Source: Candidatus Bathyarchaeota archaeon
GTDB taxonomy: Archaea; Thermoproteota; Bathyarchaeia; Bathyarchaeales; Bathycorpusculaceae
Direction of reading: 5' to 3'
Length of the DNA: 64,000 nucleotides
Assembly: GCA_963806535.1 (NCBI GenBank)
Contig: CAWDYC010000004.1
Coordinates: 288,001 to 352,000, forward strand
Positions 56,236 through 64,000 of the stretch are shown here, piece after piece; the stretch's first letter is position 1; every line of letters starts with the position of its first letter. The position numbers were made by a program, and so were the translations under genes. The notes under the pieces are model-generated. The model searched no databases, had not been told where the DNA came from, and saw only the letters and a program-made list of their open reading frames with translations.

Positions 56236-56652
56236 ATGGATTTGATTGTTTTCAGTGACAAAACAAAATCGCCAACCGATGAGGAACTGATGGCAGCTCT
56301 TGGAGAGACATTTGTTTTTTGGAACGAATTAATGAACATTATATGCCATAGATTTAATCCGGTAGTCGAGTGGATTTTCTCAAGCCCAAAAACAGGATGG
56401 GGGTTACGCCTAAGAAAAGACAAGCGGGCTATTCTCTATATGATTCCTTCCCAAGGCTACTTCATTGCATCGTTCGCTTTAGGCGAGAAAGCCGTGAAAG
56501 CAGCTCATGACAGCAGTGTGCCAAAGGTCATTCTCAATATGATAGATGACGCAAAAAAGTTTGCAGAGGGCAGAGCCGCAAAGATTGAAATTAGAAGAGC
56601 TGAAGACGTTCTTGTCGTAGAAACGCTGGCTATAATCAAAATGCGAAATTAA
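56236..56652 (+). CDS. DUF3788 family protein
   Basis: PTDEELMAALG..GWGLRLRKDKRAILYMIP..EGR. Confidence 0.7.
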   Translation: MDLIVFSDKTKSPTDEELMAALGETFVFWNELMNIICHRFNPVVEWIFSSPKTGWGLRLRKDKRAILYMIPSQGYFIASFALGEKAVKAAHDSSVPKVILNMIDDAKKFAEGRAAKIEIRRAEDVLVVETLAIIKMRN

Positions 56653-56719
56653 GAATATTTTATCAAAATACCACTGATCAATTTATTAGCGCAAATTGGT
56701 AGTATTGGCATGGTTGAAA

Positions 56720-57655
56720 ATGGCTTTAAGTAATTTAATGTTGGAGAAAGCAAGTGCGTACGATAAGAATGGGTTAACAAAGCGCGAGGTAGATAATGCG
56801 CTTATGTTGCTCAAAGAGTTTAGGGCAAAATTTCCTTTCGCCGAAAATCCCCGGTCAATAGATTGGCTGGAACCTGATAAAATCTTTAAATCAAATCCGG
56901 ATGAAGTTGGCGAGTTTTTCCGATATTTGGTTTATCATCTTGATCCACTCGGTCATCTTACAATTACCAGCTCTAATGTTTACCGCAATATTAGATTGCA
57001 AATTGAAGATTTCAAATATTTACTCCGTGTTGTGGTTGATAAGAAGAAGTCTTTGGCAGAAAAAGTAAATGCTCCTTGGGAGAGAATAAGTGGTTTGGGA
57101 CAGGATAAGCAAATTGCTAAGAAAATTATATTTTGTTTCAATTACGAAAGCGGAAAAATATTGCCGGTATTTAGCACTTCTCACCTGAAACATTTTGTTA
57201 ACAAACTTGTCGACAAACCAGGCAATCCAAGAAAGTACTACTCGCTTGGAGAAGAGTACGAGGAATTAACCTCTGAACTGCTGGCAACCAAAGAAAAGCT
57301 GCCCATAACCAAATTTTGGGAAATCGCGTATTTCGCCAGATTTCTCTACAATACTTTTTCCCCGCCTGACAGAGAAGCCGCCTCAACCAATTCTTCGGAA
57401 GCAAAAGCAAACACAAAAACTGAAACTAACGAACAGTTGGAACTCAGAGCTTTCATAAAAATTCTCGCCGAATTGCAATCAAAGGGAAAAATTACGGGTC
57501 AACAATTTAGGGAAAACCGCGAACTATGGTTGCACCAACAACCTAATGATCGAGCTGTCCTGATGTGGCGTCTGAAGCAACTTTTAAACACAGAAACTAA
57601 AACAAACCCTACCTTGCTGGGAAAGCAACCATATCAAAAACCACGCAAGATGTAA
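56720..57655 (+). CDS. Hypothetical protein, possible HhH/McrB N-terminal-like DNA-binding domain
   Basis: ISGLGQDKQIAKKII..ILPVFSTSHLKHF. Confidence 0.45.
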   Translation: MALSNLMLEKASAYDKNGLTKREVDNALMLLKEFRAKFPFAENPRSIDWLEPDKIFKSNPDEVGEFFRYLVYHLDPLGHLTITSSNVYRNIRLQIEDFKYLLRVVVDKKKSLAEKVNAPWERISGLGQDKQIAKKIIFCFNYESGKILPVFSTSHLKHFVNKLVDKPGNPRKYYSLGEEYEELTSELLATKEKLPITKFWEIAYFARFLYNTFSPPDREAASTNSSEAKANTKTETNEQLELRAFIKILAELQSKGKITGQQFRENRELWLHQQPNDRAVLMWRLKQLLNTETKTNPTLLGKQPYQKPRKM

Positions 57656-57686
57656 GGACTGCAAACCTAATTTTTGAGAAGTATTG

Positions 57687-57764
57687 TGGCGGGCCCGACG
57701 GGAATTGAACCCGCGACCTACGGATTAAGAGTCCGCCGCTCTAGCCTGACTGAGCCACGGGCCC
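57687..57764 (-). tRNA. tRNA-Lys(CTT), intronless, encoded CCA
   Basis: GGGCCCG acceptor stem, anticodon loop CUCUUAA, GGUUCAAUUCC T-arm. Confidence 0.95.
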
Positions 57765-57887
57765 GCATCGCTGCGCTTTTGAAAAAGGCTCCACTGAATA
57801 ATATAGAGCTTACGGTTTGTTGTTGCATCTGGATGCAGTGAAAAACTAATAACAAAGGAGACCATTAACTTTTAATGGAGACTTTTC

Positions 57888-58823
57888 ATGGCAAGTTCTT
57901 TTGGCGAGGTTTTCATTCTCAAAACATCGGATAGAAAAACGGGGATTCCCGCGATTCTAAAAAAGTTAGGATTAGAAGATTTCTCAGAAAAGAATGTGGC
58001 TTTAAAAGCTAATTATAATAGTGCAGACCCATTTCCAGCCTCAACCCACATAGACACCTTACGAGTTCTCATTGAAACCCTAAAGAGCGTAGGAGCAGGC
58101 AAAGTTACTTTGGCTGAACGCAGCGGCATGGGCAACACTCGAGAAGTTCTGGAAAAAATGGGTGTCTTAGCATTGTCTAAAGAACTTGGGTTCAACGCAG
58201 TAGTGTTAGATGAAGTAGGCAAAGAAGATTGGCTTAAAGTTGAAAGACCTGAAACCCATTGGCTTAAAGGATTCTACATGGCAAAAGTTTTTCACGATGC
58301 CGACAAAGTCGTTCAAACTTGTTGCCTGAAAACGCATAGGTTCGGTGGTCACTTTACGCTTTCATTAAAGAATTCTGTTGGCTTAATAGCGAAAAGAGTT
58401 CCAGGCGGAATTTATGATTACATGTGGGAACTACATAGCTCACCCTTCCAAAGGCAGATGATTGCGGAAATAAACAGCAATTACAATTCGGATTTTGTTT
58501 TGATGGACGGCATTAAAGCTTTCATTACAGGTGGTCCCGAAAAAGGCAAATTAGTAGAGCCTAATCTATTGCTTGCAAGCCGGGACCGAGTCGCAATAGA
58601 TGCAGTTGGAGTGGCTGTTCTCAAGTTGTATGGGGCAAAAGGTAAAGTTGGGGAAGCAGATGTTTTCGAGCAAGACCAGTTAAAACGTGCCGCGGAGTTG
58701 GGTTTCGGGGCGAAATCAGTCGATGACGTAAAATTGACTCCTTTAAATGATGAAAGTCAAGTTGAAGCAGAACGAATTGAGCAGGTTCTCAAAGCGAAAG
58801 TTGTTAACCCTAAAGACGCATAA
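57888..58823 (+). CDS. DUF362 domain protein
   Basis: VALKANY, CLKTHRFGGHFTLSLKNSVG, DRVAIDA. Confidence 0.85.
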   Translation: MASSFGEVFILKTSDRKTGIPAILKKLGLEDFSEKNVALKANYNSADPFPASTHIDTLRVLIETLKSVGAGKVTLAERSGMGNTREVLEKMGVLALSKELGFNAVVLDEVGKEDWLKVERPETHWLKGFYMAKVFHDADKVVQTCCLKTHRFGGHFTLSLKNSVGLIAKRVPGGIYDYMWELHSSPFQRQMIAEINSNYNSDFVLMDGIKAFITGGPEKGKLVEPNLLLASRDRVAIDAVGVAVLKLYGAKGKVGEADVFEQDQLKRAAELGFGAKSVDDVKLTPLNDESQVEAERIEQVLKAKVVNPKDA

Positions 58824-59478
58824 GTATGTCTGGTTTGTCGCTAGCTATTCCGTCAACGCCTTTTTTAGCGTATTCCTCAGCTTCTTGAGGGCTATTTATG
58901 GTCCAAACTATCATTTTTAGACCGCATTCATGGGCTTTCTCAACATTAGCTGTATGGGTGAACCTGTATAATGCCAAGAGATAATTTGCTTTCAGTTCCA
59001 AAGCAGCTTTCAATGGGTTCTTGTGTTTTGCATAAATCAACCCTGTCTCAATGTCTTTGTTTAGTTCTCTGACTTTTTTGAGGGCATCTTCAAGGAAAGA
59101 AACGATAACAACATTTTCTTCCAACTCTTTCTGGTGAACTATGGAAAGCACTTGCTTTTCAATGCCCGCTTCTTTTAGCTCAATAAAAACTTTGACTTTC
59201 TTGTCTAAAAAATCCAGTGTTTCCTCCAAAGTCGGAATCTTCTCGCCGCCACCAGCATCAAATCCTTTGATTTCTTTAAGCATAAGTTCACTCACTAAGC
59301 CTTCGCTATCAGTTGTTCGCTTGACATCTTTATCGTGAACAACTACAAGTTGGTCGTCTTTGGTTTTTCTAACGTCTAACTCGACTGCATCTACACCGAT
59401 TTCTAACGCTTTCCTAAAACTCGACAACGTATTCTCAGGCGCGTACGCTCTGGCGCCCCTATGACCAATACGCAACAT
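58810..59478 (-). CDS. Glycerophosphodiester phosphodiesterase
   Basis: IGHRGA, PENTL, ELDV, VVHD, IPTLEE, WTIN. Confidence 0.93.
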   Translation of the reverse strand: MLRIGHRGARAYAPENTLSSFRKALEIGVDAVELDVRKTKDDQLVVVHDKDVKRTTDSEGLVSELMLKEIKGFDAGGGEKIPTLEETLDFLDKKVKVFIELKEAGIEKQVLSIVHQKELEENVVIVSFLEDALKKVRELNKDIETGLIYAKHKNPLKAALELKANYLLALYRFTHTANVEKAHECGLKMIVWTINSPQEAEEYAKKGVDGIASDKPDILMRL

Positions 59479-59596
59479 ACCAACTTGTTACTCAAAGAGG
59501 AAATAATATCTTTTGTAAATAATAATTCGAGTAATTTTTGGAAGATTGAACACTTAAATAGTTTCACCACGCACTCAAAAATGAGCGAATAACGAT

Positions 59597-60067
59597 ATGA
59601 CTTCTCAAGAAAAAATTGCTGTAAATCCAATTGGTTATGTTAAAACCGAAGCGGTCGGCGATGAGGTTAAAGATAAATTAAGAGTATCACAAATCGTCCT
59701 TAATGATAAGTTAGTTAATGCTTTAGATGGCATAATTGGTTTTTCGCATGTGTTTGTAATTTTTTGGATGAGCCAAATCCCAGATGATAAACGTATGATT
59801 CTCAAGGTTCATCCGAGGGGTAGAATGGATATGCCTTTGCTCGGAGTTTTCGCCACTCGAACCAACCTTCGACCCAACCCAATAGGGCTTACACTTGTGG
59901 AGTTGTTGAAAGTTGAAGATCGGACACTGACTGTTCGTGGTCTGGACGCTTTCGATGGTACACCAATTTTGGACATTAAGCCCTTTGACTCTTGGGACAT
60001 TGCAGAAAAAGCCAGAGTTCCTGAATGGTGGAATAAACTAAACGAGGAAAAACCAAAGACTCTATAA
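59597..60067 (+). CDS. tsaA: tRNA m6t6A37 methyltransferase TrmO/TsaA
   Basis: GVFATRTNLRPNPIGLT, GLDAFDGTPILDIKP. Confidence 0.92.
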   Translation: MTSQEKIAVNPIGYVKTEAVGDEVKDKLRVSQIVLNDKLVNALDGIIGFSHVFVIFWMSQIPDDKRMILKVHPRGRMDMPLLGVFATRTNLRPNPIGLTLVELLKVEDRTLTVRGLDAFDGTPILDIKPFDSWDIAEKARVPEWWNKLNEEKPKTL

Positions 60068-60562
60068 AAGCTCTTGGATACCGTATTTTGCATCAAGAAC
60101 TTTTAGCAGTTCAGCTCTAAGTTCTTCACCCTTTAAATCAGCATCTTTTACTACATCAATTTCCTGTGCAAATTCTGACTCATTGCAAGCATCTTTCAAC
60201 CAATTTTCAAAATCGCCTCTGTAAATGTGAAATTCAAGAGAATCCACGCTGACCTTTTTTATATTCTCGTAAAATTCCCCTAACGTTTTTGCTGTCATGT
60301 CGGTCGGTTGGTCAATTCCGTTGTAAAAGTGAAAACCCATCCCTTCCGGGACAGCAATGAAAGCTTTAAGGGCTGCTTTTCCCTTTGCTGTTATTCCAAA
60401 TCCGCTTCCCACTTTTTGTAGAAAACCTTCTTTTGCTAGTTCCTGGACTTGTTGGATTGTTTGGTTTGGATCCAAATTTACTTTTTTAGCAAACATGTTT
60501 ATGTCCATGCGGCTTGTGGCTTCACTTAAGGTCTTTAAAACTTTGAATTGTTCTTCTTTCAT
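60062..60562 (-). CDS. wHTH + DUF5752-like domain protein
   Basis: FHFYNGID..AKTLGEF..SLEFHIYRGDFENW. Confidence 0.65.
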   Translation of the reverse strand: MKEEQFKVLKTLSEATSRMDINMFAKKVNLDPNQTIQQVQELAKEGFLQKVGSGFGITAKGKAALKAFIAVPEGMGFHFYNGIDQPTDMTAKTLGEFYENIKKVSVDSLEFHIYRGDFENWLKDACNESEFAQEIDVVKDADLKGEELRAELLKVLDAKYGIQELL

Positions 60563-60713
60563 CAGGCATCCCCTTAATCTATGATTACTTCAACATTTAA
60601 TATACTCTGGGGAAACTTAAATCTCTTAACAATATCAAAAATTAAGAGCCGATGTTCAAATAAATGGCAACTTTATTTATCTTCAAAACTAACATTTCAA
60701 TTAGTGACTGCCT

Positions 60714-61100
60714 TTGAAAAATAATTATATCATTATTTTGGTTACCTGTAAAGATAGGATGGAAGCCGAAAAAATAACCCAATCACTTTTAGAGCAACGT
60801 TTGATTGCTTGCGGAAACATAATTAGTCCAGTTAAGTCTTTTTTCAATTGGCTTGGCAAAATCGATAACGCAGAAGAATGTCTGATTGTCATGAAATCGC
60901 GTTTGGACTTGTTTGGGCAAGTTGCTGAGCAAGTGAAAGGCTTGCATAGTTATGAGGTTCCGGAGGTTTTGGCTCTTCCAATTGTTGAAGGATCCAATGC
61001 TTATTTGGATTGGATGAAAAATGTGCTTAAACCCAAATTTGAAGCAAAATATCAAACTAGGAGTCGTAATAACCAGAAAAAAACTGATCCTATAAAATAA
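60714..61100 (+). CDS. cutA: Divalent cation tolerance protein CutA
   Basis: LLEQRLIACGN, LHSYEVPEVL, YLDW. Confidence 0.9.
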   Translation: MKNNYIIILVTCKDRMEAEKITQSLLEQRLIACGNIISPVKSFFNWLGKIDNAEECLIVMKSRLDLFGQVAEQVKGLHSYEVPEVLALPIVEGSNAYLDWMKNVLKPKFEAKYQTRSRNNQKKTDPIK

Positions 61101-61149
61101 CCTGGTGCCAAAATCTTTAAGCAGTTAGCGCATAAATATCGGCAATTGA

Positions 61150-62055
61150 TTGGGTGAAAAAGTGGACAAGACAGATGTAATATTGTGCCAGCTTTTGCTC
61201 GCAAACTCTAGGCTTTCTTATCGTGAACTCGCAGAAAAATTGAATATGTCAGTAACTGCTGTTCATAGCCGCATTCAATCCTTAATCGAGCTGGGCATAA
61301 TCCGTAAGTTCACCACAAGAATAAGCATTTTCGCAAAAAAAGCCATACACGTCTTAATTATCGGAAGCTCCAAGACCAACTCAATAAAAAGCGTAAAACA
61401 GAAAATAGAGACGCATAATCGTATTTACTGGCTTGCTGTAGGCGGAGGAAATGTCTTGTACATAGGTGCCTATTTAGAGAATATAGTTGAAATGGAAGGC
61501 ATTGTTCGGTTTGTTAAAGAGAACGCTGAAATGCCTGAACCCACTGTTGGAATAACCGTTTCCCCCATTCCTATAATTAAACCAAATGTTAATTCACAGA
61601 TTGGATTTTGCGAGCTTGACTATAAGATCGTGAGATCCCTGAAAGATGATTCGCGCAAAGCCGTTTCCGTCGTCGCTGAAGAATTGGGGGTTTCTGCTAA
61701 AACCGTTAGGCGTCGACTCAGCAGAATGGTCAAGAATTATTTGATAGAATTTTCGATTGATTGGTATCCTGACGCTTCAAATGATATAATAAGCATATTT
61801 CATGCGCAATTCAAAAGTGAGGCTAGTCCTAACGCTGCTAACTTACTTTTGCAAAAGTACTATCCCAACACGCTCTTTTACTGGGGACTAAGCAACATTC
61901 CAAACAATTATATCTTCATGATTTGGACACCGACAAGCAAGGAACTTAAAACAATTCGTGAAAAATTAGAGCAGGAACCAGCATTAAATACTGTAGTTGC
62001 AAACATCATCTACACAGGTTACATATTCAAAAGCTGGCGCGACGAAATCCCATAA
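61150..62055 (+). CDS. Lrp/AsnC family regulator with duplicated HTH-effector units
   Basis: DKTD..NSRLSYRELAE and DYKIV..DSRKAVSVVAEELGVSAKTVRRR. Confidence 0.85.
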   Translation: MGEKVDKTDVILCQLLLANSRLSYRELAEKLNMSVTAVHSRIQSLIELGIIRKFTTRISIFAKKAIHVLIIGSSKTNSIKSVKQKIETHNRIYWLAVGGGNVLYIGAYLENIVEMEGIVRFVKENAEMPEPTVGITVSPIPIIKPNVNSQIGFCELDYKIVRSLKDDSRKAVSVVAEELGVSAKTVRRRLSRMVKNYLIEFSIDWYPDASNDIISIFHAQFKSEASPNAANLLLQKYYPNTLFYWGLSNIPNNYIFMIWTPTSKELKTIREKLEQEPALNTVVANIIYTGYIFKSWRDEIP

Positions 62056-62170
62056 AGTCTCGTTTATTAACCTTCCATAGTTAAAAAGTGACTTTTCAAC
62101 ACTTCTAATTGCTCTTTCTTAAACCAAGTGATAAACATGAAACTAAATTCTCAAAAACCTACTGACAACC

Positions 62171-62938
62171 ATGCAAAAGGAGAATTACAAAATGACAGAA
62201 CGAGCAATAACAATAGAAAACTTAACTAAAAGATTCGAAGACAAAACAGCAATCGATGACCTAAGTCTGCAAGTAGTTAAAGGTGAACTCTTTGGACTTT
62301 TAGGACCAAACGGCTCGGGAAAAACAACCACCATAAACATTCTTTGTGGCCTAATTAAGCCAACAAGCGGAATCGCCAAAATCTACAACTATGATATTCA
62401 AAAAGAAATGCAGAAAATAAAAGAACCCATCGGTGTATGCGTTCAAGAGACGGCAATTTACCCCTACTTAACTGGCAAAGAAAACATTGAGCTTATCGGA
62501 AACCTACATTGCATGAACAAGAAATTGCTCAAAGAAAGAAGCAAAATGTTACTAACAAAAATGGGCTTAGAAGATGACGCAAAACGATTGGCAACAAAAT
62601 ACAGCGGTGGCATGAAACGTCGGCTGAGCCTAACTTTAGCGTTAATTCATAACCCGCAAATTGTTTTTTTGGATGAGCCAACGGTAGCTATGGATCCACA
62701 GTCTCGCCATGCCGTCTGGGATTTCATAAAAGAGCAAAAAGCACAAGGCAAAACCATCATTTTAACAACCCATTATATGGAAGAAGCAGAGGAACTATGC
62801 GACAGAGTCGGAATAATTGACCATGGCAAACTCATAGCCCTTGGAACTCCCAAAGAACTAATTGTAGAGAGCCAAGTCAAGAACCTTGAAGAACTCTTCA
62901 TAAAATTGACTGGAAGAAACATTCGGGAGGAAGCATAA
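62171..62938 (+). CDS. ABC-2 exporter ATP-binding subunit (DrrA-like)
   Basis: GPNGSGKTT, YSGGMKRR, FLDEPT, TTHYMEEAE. Confidence 0.92.
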   Translation: MQKENYKMTERAITIENLTKRFEDKTAIDDLSLQVVKGELFGLLGPNGSGKTTTINILCGLIKPTSGIAKIYNYDIQKEMQKIKEPIGVCVQETAIYPYLTGKENIELIGNLHCMNKKLLKERSKMLLTKMGLEDDAKRLATKYSGGMKRRLSLTLALIHNPQIVFLDEPTVAMDPQSRHAVWDFIKEQKAQGKTIILTTHYMEEAEELCDRVGIIDHGKLIALGTPKELIVESQVKNLEELFIKLTGRNIREEA

Positions 62939-64000
62939 ATGAAGTTTCAACGAGTATTTGCTTTAGCTAAAAAAGAACTAAAGAAAACAATTCGTGAACC
63001 TGCAGTACTTTTTATGATATTCCTATTTCCAATAGTGTTTGTTTTTGCCTTCGGAGCTTCTTTTGGTGGAGTCGGCGGTAGCCAAACAACAATGTATCAA
63101 CTTGGGGTCGTAAACACAGATCACGGTGGCTTAGTTAACGCTTCACAAATCTTCTTGACAGCCCTGGCTAATACAAAAATAATAAACATTCACATCTATC
63201 CCGATAACCTAACTTCACAAAATGACCTCTCACAAGGCAATGTTCAAGCCGTTATGGTGATTCCAGCTGATTTCAGCCAGAGCTATTCCTCATACCAAGC
63301 AGCTCCAAATGCCCATTCAAAATGGACTAACGCAACAGTTTTGCTGTACCTTGACAAGGGCTCATTAATTGCCACCCAAGCTATCCCACCTGTCATCCAG
63401 CAAACCCTTACAAGTATCACAAACCAAAGCCAACAAGCACTTCAAAATCCCTTTCAAGTCCAAACCGCTTCACTGGTAGATGTAAAATCCACCTCCCCTT
63501 TTGATTTCCTTGCACCAGGCATGTTTACTTTCGCAAGCATCTTCCTCATAATGATGGTTGCACAATCCTTTACGCAAGACCGAGAAAACGGAATGATGAA
63601 ACGCATCAGAATTACACCAACAACCCCGACTGAGTTTATGGCCAGCCAAGTAATGTCGTATACGGTCATTGCCTTAATTCAAGCAACCCTCGTCTTCGCT
63701 ATGACTTATGTTCTAGGCTTCAAACCAAACGTCGGCATAGCCACTTACGCCTTCGCATTCATAATAGTGCTAATATTCTCACTGTCAAACGTGGGCTTTG
63801 GGTTAATCACCGCTACAATCTCAAAATCCGCAAGTGCAGCAACCGGCTTAAGCTTTCTCTTCGTGTTGCCACAACTGTTTCTGGGTACATTCGTGGGAGC
63901 AACCCTCTCTGGCGGTGCTCAAGTTGCAGGCAAATTTGTACCCAGCTACTACGTTACTAACGCATTAACTTCGCTGTTTCTCAGAGACGCAGCTGTATCA
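62939..64000 (+). CDS. ABC-2 exporter permease, 3'-truncated at window edge
   Basis: MKFQRVFALAKKELKKTIREP..., FLAPGMF, DRENGMMKRI. Confidence 0.85.
   Translation, partial: MKFQRVFALAKKELKKTIREPAVLFMIFLFPIVFVFAFGASFGGVGGSQTTMYQLGVVNTDHGGLVNASQIFLTALANTKIINIHIYPDNLTSQNDLSQGNVQAVMVIPADFSQSYSSYQAAPNAHSKWTNATVLLYLDKGSLIATQAIPPVIQQTLTSITNQSQQALQNPFQVQTASLVDVKSTSPFDFLAPGMFTFASIFLIMMVAQSFTQDRENGMMKRIRITPTTPTEFMASQVMSYTVIALIQATLVFAMTYVLGFKPNVGIATYAFAFIIVLIFSLSNVGFGLITATISKSASAATGLSFLFVLPQLFLGTFVGATLSGGAQVAGKFVPSYYVTNALTSLFLRDAAVS

Overview
Archaeal chromosomal window, most likely Bathyarchaeia or a related TACK lineage. This is an inference from the unsplit rpoB and rpoA, the Rpl30e-NusA operon, Cdc6, NucS, Lhr and an intron-bearing tRNA. 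It holds core genes (RNA polymerase cluster, moaCBA, tungstate ABC transporter with ModE, thiolase/DUF35 pair), two tRNAs (Leu-CAA with two introns, Lys-CTT) and several accessory or defence-like loci. Many genes in about 3-29 kb and 51-56 kb carry single-base indels, including essential RNAP genes, so these are probably long-read errors, and split ORFs were merged by eye. Most notable: (1) a translationally coupled operon of a short SMC5/6-like ATPase, a kleisin and an Nse1/Nse3(MAGE)-like Kite protein; (2) two unannotated structured ncRNA candidates, a ~49-nt-periodic hairpin array with a shared GCUANNNCCA loop near 27.3 kb and a promoter/terminator-bounded ~100-nt RNA near 42 kb; (3) decayed tRNA-Leu 3' ends delimiting toxin-antitoxin mini-cassettes; (4) a strict 10-bp-period array upstream of an AbrB-like gene at the edge of a TIR-like/methyltransferase/nuclease island; (5) a eukaryote-length Rpo5/RPB5. 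All family assignments are from motif recognition by eye; no searches were run.
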